DNA from: Pelagibacteraceae bacterium
GTDB lineage: Bacteria; Pseudomonadota; Alphaproteobacteria; GCA-002720895
Assembly: GCA_002717245.1 (NCBI GenBank)
Contig: PBCY01000018.1
Coordinates: 1,135-65,134 of the forward strand
Direction: 5' to 3'
Length of the DNA stretch: 64,000 nt
The translations under genes and the position numbers were made by a program. The notes beneath the pieces were generated by a model. It was not told where the DNA came from. It was given only the letters and a program-made list of their open reading frames with translations, and made no database searches. Below are positions 27,871-37,850 of the stretch, piece after piece. Position 1 is the first letter of the stretch. The number at the start of each line of letters is the position of its first letter.

Positions 27871-28594
27871 AAAAAAAATATTGTGGAAGGGAAAATTTCA
27901 TAAGTTTCCTGAAAATAAAATTAATTTTTTTGAAACCGATTTATGGATAAAAAAATTAAAAAAAAATATGAAATTTATAAAAGAAAATAATTTATTTTAT
28001 GATTATTTGATTTATCCAATTATTTTATCTGAACTTAAAATTAATAAAAAAACTAAAATTTTAGATTTTGGGGGTGGACTTGGAGAATTATATTTTAAAT
28101 TAGATAACTTTATTGAAAAAAAGTTTAAATTTGATTTGACAATTGTTGAGAATAAAAAAATTTGTAAAATAGCAAATAAATCTTTTAAAAATAGAAAAAA
28201 TATTAAATTTTATGAGAATCTAAATAAAATTAATTACAAAAACTTTCAAATTGTTCATTTAGGTAGTTGCATTCAGTATATAAATTTATGGAAGGATTTA
28301 ATTAAAAGTGTTTCTAATTTTAAACCAAAATATATAGTTTTTTCTGATGTACCACTTATTAAAAAAAAAAATTTTATATCAAAACAAGTTTTTAATAAGA
28401 CTAAAATAATTCCTTACAGATTTATAAATAATAAAGAATTAATAGATTGTTTAAAAAATAATAATTATGATTTAGTATCAATTGTTCCATTTAAAAACCC
28501 TACATATTACTTACAAAAAGTTTTACCTATGAGAAATTTTAAAAAAGAAAATAGAATTAAAAATACATCAAATTTATTATTTAAAAGAAAATGA
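27854..28594 (+). CDS. SAM-dependent methyltransferase (LIC12133/TIGR04325-like)
   Basis: It has a SAM motif ILDFGGGLGELY and a VHLGSCIQYI block, with size and layout typical of this glycan-locus family. Confidence 0.5.
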   Translation: MNIKNKKKILWKGKFHKFPENKINFFETDLWIKKLKKNMKFIKENNLFYDYLIYPIILSELKINKKTKILDFGGGLGELYFKLDNFIEKKFKFDLTIVENKKICKIANKSFKNRKNIKFYENLNKINYKNFQIVHLGSCIQYINLWKDLIKSVSNFKPKYIVFSDVPLIKKKNFISKQVFNKTKIIPYRFINNKELIDCLKNNNYDLVSIVPFKNPTYYLQKVLPMRNFKKENRIKNTSNLLFKRK

Positions 28595-29328
28595 CATTTA
28601 ATAGAAAAAAATTTGAGTTACAAAGAAGAAAATACCTAACATCTGTTGGTAAATCTAAGAAATTAAAATTATATTCTCAAAAGTTTAATGAAGCTGCCGT
28701 CAATTTGAGTTATGTTTATTTATGGGATTGGTTAGGTGAACCGATACTACAATCTCCTTCAGACATTATGATAATTCAAGAAAAACTTTTTGAAATACAG
28801 CCAGATATCTTAGTAGAAACAGGAGTTGCATGGGGAGGTAGCATATTATTTTATGCGACTATATTAGATAATATAAATAAAGGTAAGGTTTTAGGAATAG
28901 ATTTAAATTTAGATAAAAAAATCATTAATAAATTAAAAAAAAGTAAATTTTCAAAAAGAATTAAACTAATCAAAAATAATTCAGTTGATATAAAAATTGA
29001 TGAAATTTTAAAAAAAGAGATTAAAAAAAAGAAAAAAATTATGGTTATTTTAGATTCAAACCATACACATGAACATGTATTAAATGAGCTTAATTTTTAT
29101 TCTCAGTATATAACTAAAGGTTCTTATTTAATAGTCTGCGATACTATACTTAACTTTGTTGGAGGAAAAATCAAAGGTAGAAAAAGACCATGGAATTCAA
29201 AAAAAAATCCTATGTCAGCAGTAAATTATTTCCTTAAAGAAAATAAAAATTTTCAAATAGACAAAAATATAGATAAAAAGTTATTTTTTTCTAATAACCA
29301 ATCTGGATACATAAAGAAAATTAGATAA
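28591..29328 (+). CDS. CmcI (cephalosporin hydroxylase) family methyltransferase-like protein
   Basis: WDWLGEPILQSPSDIMIIQEKLFEIQPDILVETGVAWGGSILFYA closely follows the CmcI family core. LDSNHTHEHV lies downstream. Confidence 0.75.
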   Translation: MTFNRKKFELQRRKYLTSVGKSKKLKLYSQKFNEAAVNLSYVYLWDWLGEPILQSPSDIMIIQEKLFEIQPDILVETGVAWGGSILFYATILDNINKGKVLGIDLNLDKKIINKLKKSKFSKRIKLIKNNSVDIKIDEILKKEIKKKKKIMVILDSNHTHEHVLNELNFYSQYITKGSYLIVCDTILNFVGGKIKGRKRPWNSKKNPMSAVNYFLKENKNFQIDKNIDKKLFFSNNQSGYIKKIR

Positions 29329-29331
29329 TAA

Positions 29332-30345
29332 GTGCACAATCTTCCAAAAGTTTCAGTTTGCTTTCTCACATATAATAGTGAAAGAGATAATTTAAAAGAA
29401 AGTTTAAAGAATTTATTAAAGTTAAAATATAAAAATATAGAATTTATAATATCAGACGATAATTCAACTGACAAAAGTTTCGAAATTTGCAAAGAAGTTA
29501 AAAAAAAAAGTAAAAAAATAATTTTTTTAAATAAAAATAAACAAAATTTAGGTAGTTGGATGAATTATTACAAAGCGATAAATTTATCTAAAGGTGATTA
29601 TGTATTTTGGGCATGCCCAAATGATTTTTATGCAAAAAATTTTGTTTCCGAGTCTGTCAACAAACTAATTAAAAAAGATAAATTTGTAGCATGTGGAACA
29701 ACTGTTTATGACATTAATGAAAAAGGGCATGTTTTGCAAAAAAGAGATTATAAAGGAGAAAAATTACCTGATAAATTATCGCTATTTAATTTAATATCTA
29801 TGTTTTTAGTAAGAAAAAGAAAAATAAACCCTTTATTATATCCTTCTTATGGATCTTTAATTCATTCTTTAAATAAAAAGGACACGTTACTTAAAGTTAT
29901 AAATTCATATATAAAAACAGGCCCAATAATTAATGAAAGAGTTATTAATTCTAGTATGGCACTGATGGGAGATATTACTTACAGTACAAAAACTTCGCTA
30001 AAAAAAACAATTCACAAGCAAGATTATTTAGAAAGAAAGTCTAATGATCCAAATATTTTATCAGCTATGTCCAAAATTAATTTTTTGAAAGTTTCTTATA
30101 AATTTTTTGTTTCTACGATTTTTTTACCAATAGGTTTTAAAAGATTGATTATTTTTCCTGTTATTTGGAGAATAATAATTAATTCTTTAATACATTTAAC
30201 TTTAAATTTTATAACTAAGGTTTTATTAAAATTATTACCAAATAGACTTTATGCTTATTTAAAAAAACTATATAGAAATTTTTATCCTGAATATGAGGAA
30301 TATGATGAATATAAAAGAAAGATTAATTTAAAAATAAAAAAATGA
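29332..30345 (+). CDS. Glycosyltransferase family 2 with a C-terminal membrane segment
   Basis: The GT-A N-terminal signature is VSVCFLTYNSERDNLKESLKNLL...IEFIISDDNSTDKS. It has a GTG start. Confidence 0.8.
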   Translation: MHNLPKVSVCFLTYNSERDNLKESLKNLLKLKYKNIEFIISDDNSTDKSFEICKEVKKKSKKIIFLNKNKQNLGSWMNYYKAINLSKGDYVFWACPNDFYAKNFVSESVNKLIKKDKFVACGTTVYDINEKGHVLQKRDYKGEKLPDKLSLFNLISMFLVRKRKINPLLYPSYGSLIHSLNKKDTLLKVINSYIKTGPIINERVINSSMALMGDITYSTKTSLKKTIHKQDYLERKSNDPNILSAMSKINFLKVSYKFFVSTIFLPIGFKRLIIFPVIWRIIINSLIHLTLNFITKVLLKLLPNRLYAYLKKLYRNFYPEYEEYDEYKRKINLKIKK

Positions 30346-31277
30346 ATTTTTATATAATAGGCGGGTTAGGTCATATAGGCTCTTATTTAATTAGAAATTT
30401 ACCTAAATTTTTTCCGAAATCTAATTTTATTATTATTGATAATCTAAGCACGCAAAAGTATTCTTCACTTTTTAATTTGAATAAGAAATATAAGTATAAA
30501 TTTATATATTCAGATATAAAAGATTTGAACTTACAAAAAATATTAAAAAAAGAAGATATAGTTATTCATTTAGCGGCATTAACTAATGCTTGGGAAAGTT
30601 TTAAAATACCAAAAATATATAAAAAAAAAAATTTTGGAAATACAAAGTTTATTGTCGAAGCATGTTTAAAAAAAAAATCTAACTTAATTTTTATGTCTTC
30701 TACTAGCGTTTATAATACAAAAAATAAATTTATCAGTGAAGATTGCCAAAAAAAAGAACTAAAACCTGATAGTCCTTATTCTAAGATAAAGTTGGAAGAA
30801 GAAAATTTAATAAAAATAAATTCAAAAAAGTTTAATTTAAATTATTTAATTCTTCGCTTAGGTACTATAGCTGGAACCTCTCCTGGTATGCAATTTCATA
30901 CAGCAGTAAATAAATTCTGTCTACAAGCAGTACAAGGTATTCCTTTATCTTTATGGAAAAATTTTCGTTTAATATCTAAGCCATATTTAGATTTAAAAGA
31001 TTTAAATTTAGCTTTAGTTTTTTTGATAAAAAATAAAATCAATAAAGAAACATTAAATTTAGTAACTAATAATATGACTACTATAGAATTAATAAAAATA
31101 ATAAAAAAATTTTTACCTAAAATTAAAATTATTTCAAAAAATAAAAATGGATTAAAACCAAATTCTTTTATTGTTAATAATGAAAAAATATCAAAACTTA
31201 AATTTAAATTTAAAGGAAATATAAAAAATAGAATTTCAGATACAATTTCTTTATTAAGAAATTCAAATAATATTTAA
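30342..31277 (+). CDS. NAD-dependent epimerase/dehydratase family protein
   Basis: YIIGGLGHIGSYL is the Rossmann motif and YSKIK is the YxxxK motif. Confidence 0.72.
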   Translation: MNFYIIGGLGHIGSYLIRNLPKFFPKSNFIIIDNLSTQKYSSLFNLNKKYKYKFIYSDIKDLNLQKILKKEDIVIHLAALTNAWESFKIPKIYKKKNFGNTKFIVEACLKKKSNLIFMSSTSVYNTKNKFISEDCQKKELKPDSPYSKIKLEEENLIKINSKKFNLNYLILRLGTIAGTSPGMQFHTAVNKFCLQAVQGIPLSLWKNFRLISKPYLDLKDLNLALVFLIKNKINKETLNLVTNNMTTIELIKIIKKFLPKIKIISKNKNGLKPNSFIVNNEKISKLKFKFKGNIKNRISDTISLLRNSNNI

Positions 31278-31278
31278 A

Positions 31279-32253
31279 ATGAAAGTTATATATAAAAATC
31301 CAAAAAGAATTAGAGATATAATAGTTTATAAACCCGACGTTTTTTTAGACAATAGAGGTTTTTTTTATGAAACTTTTCAAAAAAAGAAATTGGTTCATTT
31401 GGGAATAAATGAAGATTTTGTTCAAGATAATAGATCATATTCAAAAAAAGGCGTATTAAGAGGAATACATTTTTTAGAAGGGAAACAACAAGCCCAATTA
31501 CTTTCTGTGGTAGAAGGAAAAATATTAGATGTAATTGTAGATTTAAGGAAAAATTCAAAAACTTTTAAAAAATGGTTTTCTATAGAGTTATCAGACAAAA
31601 ATCATTATCATTTATATATTCCTCGAGGTTTTGGACATGGTTTTTATGTATTAAGTGATAAAGCGAAAATTAATTATAAAACAACTGAATATTTTAATAA
31701 AAAAAATGAAAAAGGCATTATATGGAATGACAAAGATCTAAATATAAAATGGCCTGTTAAAAATCCCATTCTTAGTTTAAGAGATAAGAAATTTTCTAAT
31801 TTAAAAACCGTTTTTAAGAATTTAAATAATGAAAAAAATAAATCTTTTAAAAAAAAAAATAAACCTTTTTTAATCAACGTTCCTTTTTTTCCAGGTAAAA
31901 AAGCATCACTTTATTATTTTGAACCAAAAATTTTTAAAATGAAAAGTATAAAAAGAATTTTTTATATTAATGGAAACAAAAATGTTAAAAGAGGTTCACA
32001 TGCTCATAAAAAATGCAATCAAGTACTTATTTGTCAAAAAGGTAAAGTTAGAGTTAACTGCACTTATTCTAATAAAGATAAAAAATCTTTTTTATTAAAA
32101 AGCTGCAAAACCGCGCTGTTTATAAATAAAATGACTTGGACTGATATTGAATATTTAGAAAATGAAACAATTATTAGCGTGATATGCGATAGAAAATACG
32201 AAGTCCATGATTATATTCATGATTATGAAAAATTTATTGAAAGTTTTAAGTAA
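31279..32253 (+). CDS. Fusion: dTDP-4-dehydrorhamnose 3,5-epimerase (RmlC) domain plus FdtA/WxcM-like sugar 3,4-ketoisomerase cupin domain
   Basis: The N-terminus reads FLDNRGFFYETF, RGIHF, DVIVDLRKNS, RGFGHGF (RmlC). The C-terminus reads RIFYINGNKNVKRGSHAHKKCNQVLICQKG...YEVHDYIHDY (FdtA-like). Confidence 0.75.
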   Translation: MKVIYKNPKRIRDIIVYKPDVFLDNRGFFYETFQKKKLVHLGINEDFVQDNRSYSKKGVLRGIHFLEGKQQAQLLSVVEGKILDVIVDLRKNSKTFKKWFSIELSDKNHYHLYIPRGFGHGFYVLSDKAKINYKTTEYFNKKNEKGIIWNDKDLNIKWPVKNPILSLRDKKFSNLKTVFKNLNNEKNKSFKKKNKPFLINVPFFPGKKASLYYFEPKIFKMKSIKRIFYINGNKNVKRGSHAHKKCNQVLICQKGKVRVNCTYSNKDKKSFLLKSCKTALFINKMTWTDIEYLENETIISVICDRKYEVHDYIHDYEKFIESFK

Positions 32254-33004
32254 TAAATTGAATAAAAAAAAAGAAATTTTAGCAATTATCCCTGCAAGGT
32301 CTGGTAGTAAAGGAATAAAAAATAAAAATATAAAATTATTGAACGGGCATCCATTGTTATCGTATGCCATCGCTGCAGGATTAAATTCTAAATTAGTAAG
32401 TAGAGTTATTTGTAGCACTGATGCAAAAAAAATTGCGGTTATTGCAAAGAAATATGGAGCTGAAGTTCCTTTTTTAAGGCCAAAAAATATTGCAAAAGAT
32501 TTATCAACAGATTTTGAGGTTTTTTTTCATGCATTAAAATTTTTAAAGAAAAAATTTAATTATAATCCTGATTATGTAGTGAATTTAAGGCCAACCTCAC
32601 CAATAAGAAAAAAAAATACTTTAGATGTAGCAATAGATAAGTTCATAAATTCTAATAAATATGATTCTATAAGATCCGTTTGTTTAAATGAAAAAACTCC
32701 TTATAAAATGTGGTTTATTAAGAATAATAATTTATCTCCTATTATAAATTCTAAAAAAATTAAAGAGGCTTTTAATTTACCAAGACAACTTTTACCTAAT
32801 ACTTATTGGCAAACAGCAGAAATTGATATAACTAAAACATCAACTATTTTGAAAAAAAAAAGTATGACAGGAAAAAAGATTTTACCATTTGTTCTTAATA
32901 ATAAAATTTCTATAGATATTGATAGTCATAAAGATTTTAAGCATGCCGCCAAAATTTTGAAAACAAATAAAAAATTTATAAAACCAAATTTAAATAATAT
33001 TTAA
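32207..33004 (+). CDS. neuA: Acylneuraminate cytidylyltransferase (CMP-nonulosonate synthetase)
   Basis: Motifs AIIPARSGSKGIKNKNI, NLRPTSPIR, PRQ. A more likely start is TTG 32258 or ATG 32225, because the track start overlaps the upstream gene. Confidence 0.85.
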   Translation: MIIFMIMKNLLKVLSNKLNKKKEILAIIPARSGSKGIKNKNIKLLNGHPLLSYAIAAGLNSKLVSRVICSTDAKKIAVIAKKYGAEVPFLRPKNIAKDLSTDFEVFFHALKFLKKKFNYNPDYVVNLRPTSPIRKKNTLDVAIDKFINSNKYDSIRSVCLNEKTPYKMWFIKNNNLSPIINSKKIKEAFNLPRQLLPNTYWQTAEIDITKTSTILKKKSMTGKKILPFVLNNKISIDIDSHKDFKHAAKILKTNKKFIKPNLNNI

Positions 33005-33005
33005 T

Positions 33006-33989
33006 ATGGAAATAATTGCTGAAATAGGTTCTGTGCATAATGGCTCTCTAAAATTAGCATTTAGACTAATTGATACAGCGAAAGATTGTGGAGCAACAAC
33101 TGTAAAGTTTCAAACTCATATTGCTGAGGCAGAAACTTTAAAGGATGCGCCTTCTCCAAAGTATTTTAGTAAAGAAAAAAGATATAATTATTTTAAAAGA
33201 ACAAGTTTTAATATAAATCAGTGGAAAAAATTAAAAGATTATTCAGAAAAAAGAAAAATTAAGTTTTTGTCTTCACCTTTTTCTTTAGAGGCAGTAGATT
33301 TGTTAGAAAAAATAAATATAAGAGGTTATAAAATTCCATCTGGGGAAATTACAAATATACCTTTAATTGAAAAAATTAATAAAATTAATAAACCTACTTT
33401 TATATCTTCAGGAATGTCAAACTGGAAAGAGTTAGATTTAGCAATAAAAAAATTAAAAAATGTTAAAAAATTAACAATAATGCAATGCACTTCATTATAC
33501 CCGTGTCCCGCAAATAAAGTTGGCTTAAATATAATTAATAAAATGAGAAGCAGATATAAAAGGCCTATAGGGTTTTCAGATCATACTATTGGTATAACAG
33601 CATCTATACTTTCTATATTTTATAACGTTAGTTCAATTGAAAAACATTTAACATTATCAAGAAAAATGTATGGAAGTGATGCATTTAATGCTTTAGAGCC
33701 TAATGAATTTAAGCTCATGGTTGACTCTATTAAAGAAACTAAAATTATTTTAGATAATAAAGTTAATAAAAATGATTTAAAAGAACTAAAAGGTATGAAA
33801 AGAATATTTGAAAAAAGTATTGTTATTAAAAATAAATTAAAAAAAGGTGAAATAATAAGATTTGATGATATAACTTTTAAAAAACCAGGTAATGGTATTA
33901 GTCCAAAAAATTATAAAGAAGTAATTGGAAAAAAAACAAAAAAGAATTTAAATATCGAACACATTTTAAAAAAAGGGGATTATTATTAA
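33006..33989 (+). CDS. neuB: N-acetylneuraminate (nonulosonate) synthase
   Basis: Motifs IIAEIGSVHNGS, VKFQTH, KIPSGE, FSDHT, plus a C-terminal SAF domain. Confidence 0.9.
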   Translation: MEIIAEIGSVHNGSLKLAFRLIDTAKDCGATTVKFQTHIAEAETLKDAPSPKYFSKEKRYNYFKRTSFNINQWKKLKDYSEKRKIKFLSSPFSLEAVDLLEKINIRGYKIPSGEITNIPLIEKINKINKPTFISSGMSNWKELDLAIKKLKNVKKLTIMQCTSLYPCPANKVGLNIINKMRSRYKRPIGFSDHTIGITASILSIFYNVSSIEKHLTLSRKMYGSDAFNALEPNEFKLMVDSIKETKIILDNKVNKNDLKELKGMKRIFEKSIVIKNKLKKGEIIRFDDITFKKPGNGISPKNYKEVIGKKTKKNLNIEHILKKGDYY

Positions 33990-33990
33990 A

Positions 33991-35142
33991 ATGAGAAAAA
34001 TTTGTGCAGTAGTATCTTCAAGGGCAAACTATAGTAGTATAAAATCTGTTTTAAGAAGTGTATCACAAAATAAAAATCTTATTTTACAAATAGTAGTAGG
34101 AGCCTCTGCTTTGATAGATAGGTTTGGATCAGCTGTTGATTTGATTAAGAAGGATGGTTTTAAAATTAATAATAGAGTGCATATGCTTATTGAAGGAGAG
34201 ACAGTTGAAACAATGGCTAAATCAACCGGTATGGGTTTATTGGAATTTCCTACGGTTTTTAGGCATTTAAAACCAGACATTGTTTTAATTGTAGGTGATA
34301 GATTTGAAAATATGGCAGCATCTATTGCAGCTAGTTATATGAATATTCCAATAGCACACACAATGGGAGGAGAAGTTTCAGGTACAATTGATGAAAGTAT
34401 AAGACATGCAATTACAAAATTTTCTCATATTCATTTTCCAGCTAGTAAGAGTGCAAAAGAGAGAATAATAAAATTAGGGGAAAGAAAAGAAAATGTTTTT
34501 TTAGTTGGTTGCCCTAGAATTGATTTAGCAAAGAAAGTATTAAGTGATAAAAAATCTATTTTAAATGAAAAGTTTTTAAATGCTGGAGTTGGAGATAAAA
34601 TTAACTTCTCAAAACCATTTATAATTGTTTCACAACATTCAGTTACTACTGAATATAATGATACAAGACATCAAATTGAGTCGACTATGAAAGCAGTTAA
34701 TAAAATAAATATTCAAAAAATAATTCTTTGGCCAAATCCAGACGCAGGTTCAGATGAAATTTCTAGAGTATTTAGAAAATTTAGAGAAAAAAATTTAATA
34801 AGTAATGTAAGATTTTATAAAAATTTTCCACCAGAGGTTTATATGAAATTAATGTCAAAAACTAGTTGTTTGGTTGGTAATTCTTCTAGTGGTATAAGAG
34901 AAGGGGCCTACATAGGAACACCTGTAGTTAATATTGGTACCAGACAATCTAATAGAGATCGAGGAAAAAACACATTAGATTGTAGTTACAATGAAAATGA
35001 CATATTTAAATCAGTTAATAAACAAATCAAAAAGAATAAGTATAAAAAAGAATATTTATATGGTGATGGAAGTTCTGGTAAAAAAATTGCTAAAATTTTA
35101 GAAAAAGTAAAAGTTAAAATACAAAAACAAATTTCATATTAG
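33991..35142 (+). CDS. neuC: UDP-N-acetylglucosamine 2-epimerase (hydrolysing)
   Basis: GDRFENMAASIAASYMNIPIAHTMGGEVSGTIDESIRHAITKFSHIHF is the NeuC-type signature. Confidence 0.9.
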   Translation: MRKICAVVSSRANYSSIKSVLRSVSQNKNLILQIVVGASALIDRFGSAVDLIKKDGFKINNRVHMLIEGETVETMAKSTGMGLLEFPTVFRHLKPDIVLIVGDRFENMAASIAASYMNIPIAHTMGGEVSGTIDESIRHAITKFSHIHFPASKSAKERIIKLGERKENVFLVGCPRIDLAKKVLSDKKSILNEKFLNAGVGDKINFSKPFIIVSQHSVTTEYNDTRHQIESTMKAVNKINIQKIILWPNPDAGSDEISRVFRKFREKNLISNVRFYKNFPPEVYMKLMSKTSCLVGNSSSGIREGAYIGTPVVNIGTRQSNRDRGKNTLDCSYNENDIFKSVNKQIKKNKYKKEYLYGDGSSGKKIAKILEKVKVKIQKQISY

Positions 35143-36527
35143 TGAAAATACTCAAATTAATTTTGAAAAATAAATTTTTTGGATTTATTTTAGGAATCTT
35201 TATTAGTTTATTTTTTATAAAGTTATTTATTTATAAAAAAAAAAATAATTTAAAAATTATAGTATTTAGCGAACATAGGTGGAGAGATAGTTTAAAAATA
35301 ATTAATAAAGATAAGAATATTTGTTTAATTAAAATACCTGACTTTATTTATAATAGAATTAATTCTTTATTTTTCACAAATCCTGTTAGCAAAATAAAAA
35401 GAGAAAAAAATTATAAAAAAATCAAATTTGATAATTTAGGTTTTTGGGGAAAATCAGCAGATCAATATTATTATTTAAAAAAAGATGATGATGCTTTAAA
35501 AGAAAGAGAAAGAAAATTTATATATATAAAAAATATAGCTAAAACAATTAAATATTTAACAAATATTGATTGTGCTCTAACTTGTGCCGTTCATTATAAT
35601 CAAGAGCAAGAATGGGCATCAGGATTTAATAAAGGAGGAATACCCTTTATTTGTCTTCATAAAGAGCAGTCTTTAATTGAAAAAAATCATATTAATTTTA
35701 GAGTAAAACATCTCAAAAGAATTAAACAAATCTTTCAAGGGACAGCAGTTGTTGCACCAAATAAAATAGTTAAAGATTTATTTATTAAATCTGGACTTAA
35801 AGATAAAAAGAATATTTATTCTTCAGGCATGCTTAAGTTTCAAGGGATAAAAAAACAAACTGTAAAAAATAAGAAATTTTTTACATTATTTTCATTTGGA
35901 CATTATACAGGTAATATAGTTCCAAAAAAAAGAAGCTCACACTATTTTAGTAAAAATTATAATGAAGGATTTTCAAAACTTTTTTTTAATACTCATAAAG
36001 TTTTTATTAAAAGTGCATTAAAAAATAAAAATATAATTTTTTATATAAAACCTAAGAATTGGGAAGATTGGTGGATATTAGAAATAGAAAAAATTATAAA
36101 AGAAGTTACAGGTAAAAATAGCAAAAATATAAAGAATTTAATTATTACAAAAAAACCATCAATTTATTTAATAAAAAATTCTATTAATGTTATAGGGTTT
36201 AATTCTACAGTTTTATTAGAAGCACTTTTATTAGGATGTAAACCAATAATACCGAATTTTAATGAAGCAAAAGGAAATCAAAAAAAAAATGTTTATTTCA
36301 AAGATTTTAAGAAAATATTTCATATTGCAAATAGTGAATTTGATTTAGCAAAAAAAATAAATATTTCTATTAAAAAAATTAAGGATAGTAGTTTTAATTA
36401 CTTTTTTGGACCATATAAAATATTTGAACATTACTTTGATTCAAATCCAAAAAAAATTAAGGAAAAAACTTTAAATATTATAAATAAAATAATTTTTAAT
36501 TATAATAAAAATCAAAGAAAAATTTAA
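35142..36527 (+). CDS. Hypothetical protein; possible GT-B glycosyltransferase (candidate nonulosonate transferase)
   Basis: It has an N-terminal TM helix and a C-terminal GFNSTVLLEALLLGCKPIIP block. It lies directly downstream of neuABC. Confidence 0.28.
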   Translation: MKILKLILKNKFFGFILGIFISLFFIKLFIYKKKNNLKIIVFSEHRWRDSLKIINKDKNICLIKIPDFIYNRINSLFFTNPVSKIKREKNYKKIKFDNLGFWGKSADQYYYLKKDDDALKERERKFIYIKNIAKTIKYLTNIDCALTCAVHYNQEQEWASGFNKGGIPFICLHKEQSLIEKNHINFRVKHLKRIKQIFQGTAVVAPNKIVKDLFIKSGLKDKKNIYSSGMLKFQGIKKQTVKNKKFFTLFSFGHYTGNIVPKKRSSHYFSKNYNEGFSKLFFNTHKVFIKSALKNKNIIFYIKPKNWEDWWILEIEKIIKEVTGKNSKNIKNLIITKKPSIYLIKNSINVIGFNSTVLLEALLLGCKPIIPNFNEAKGNQKKNVYFKDFKKIFHIANSEFDLAKKINISIKKIKDSSFNYFFGPYKIFEHYFDSNPKKIKEKTLNIINKIIFNYNKNQRKI

Positions 36528-36537
36528 AAATTTAGAA

Positions 36538-37848
36538 TTGACCAAAACTAAAAAAAAGAAAATTTTTTTAGTTCCAAGACATGAAACTTCATGGTGGCAA
36601 CATTTATATCAATATAATTTATTAAAAAAAGACTTTTATCCTATTATTGTTCTAGCAACTAATAAAACAAGAGTCTTTAAAAGTTATTGTATTAAAAAAA
36701 AAATAAATTTTGTTTATTTAGAAACAAAAGAAATTCCGAGTATTTTAAATTTAAAAGATTTTTTTTTAACAATAAGAATATTAAAAAGAAATTATAAATT
36801 TTTTTTTAATTTATTCAATTATGCAAAACCAATAGCAGTTTTATTACCAGGAGACAGAGAATTAGGGCCAATACCTCCTATTTTAAAGGCAACAAAAGAA
36901 CTTAAAATTAGAACAATTATTACAACCACATCATCTTTATTGCCATCATTAGATATGGTTTCATGGACAAGAAAAAATGATAAAAAATTTAGTATTGGAA
37001 TAACGAGTTTTACTAGTTTTTTTAATCTACTTGTTTCTTTTTTTTTTAAGAATCAATTATGTGATACAAAATATGGAAAATTATTATTTTCTCCTGGTAC
37101 GTTAATTTTATCTTTGTTTTTAGTTGGGATGTTACCAAAAAAACCTTGGTGTGTAGGCGCTAGTAAAAGTGATTATATTATAGCTAAAGGAAAAAAGGAA
37201 ATTAGTTTAATGCTAAAATTAGGGTTAAAAAGAGAAAAAATTTTAGATTATGGCGCTTTGGAATATGATAATTTATTAAATTCAATAAATAATAAAGAAG
37301 ATATAAAAAAGAAACTTAATAATAGTAAAAATTTTTCAAATAATAAGAAAATTATTTTATTTTCTGTACCACACAATCCTGAACATAATATTATTACTAT
37401 GGATAAGCAGTTAGAACAATTGAGAATTATTTTTAAAACATTAAACAAAATAGATGAAAATATAATTTTAATATTCCATCCGAAAACAAAGTTAAGTTAT
37501 TATAAAAAATTACTAAAAAATTATGATTTTATTATTTCCAAAGAGTCTTATATAAAACTCATACCAATTTCTGATTTGTATTTATGTGGGAATTCAACAA
37601 CTGTTTCTGTTGCCGAGATTTGTAATATACCAATACTTAATTTAGATTTTGTTAATTTAAAATTTTCTTGGATTAAAAGTAAGAAATTAAAGAATATAAT
37701 TAATATGAATGATTTACAGTTAGTTTTAAAGCAAGAGTTGAGTAAAATTAAAAAGAATGGTGTAAAAACATCTACATTAAATCAAGATTATACAATAGAT
37801 GGAAAATCTAAAGAAAAGTTTATAAATTTTTTACATCAGATTATTTAA
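36538..37848 (+). CDS. Hypothetical protein; possible HP-motif GT-B glycosyltransferase (candidate nonulosonate transferase)
   Basis: IILIFHPKTK is followed about 45 aa later by CGNSTTVSVAEICNIPILNL. TTG start. Confidence 0.3.
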   Translation: MTKTKKKKIFLVPRHETSWWQHLYQYNLLKKDFYPIIVLATNKTRVFKSYCIKKKINFVYLETKEIPSILNLKDFFLTIRILKRNYKFFFNLFNYAKPIAVLLPGDRELGPIPPILKATKELKIRTIITTTSSLLPSLDMVSWTRKNDKKFSIGITSFTSFFNLLVSFFFKNQLCDTKYGKLLFSPGTLILSLFLVGMLPKKPWCVGASKSDYIIAKGKKEISLMLKLGLKREKILDYGALEYDNLLNSINNKEDIKKKLNNSKNFSNNKKIILFSVPHNPEHNIITMDKQLEQLRIIFKTLNKIDENIILIFHPKTKLSYYKKLLKNYDFIISKESYIKLIPISDLYLCGNSTTVSVAEICNIPILNLDFVNLKFSWIKSKKLKNIINMNDLQLVLKQELSKIKKNGVKTSTLNQDYTIDGKSKEKFINFLHQII

Positions 37849-37850
37849 AA

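Noticed and set aside
32207-32257. A 47-nt overlap of neuA with the upstream RmlC-FdtA gene, as implied by the track start.
   Set aside because: This is probably an artefact of taking the longest ORF. In-frame TTG 32258 lies just after the upstream stop, or ATG 32225 could be used. Either gives the usual short N-terminus before the IIPARSGSKG motif.
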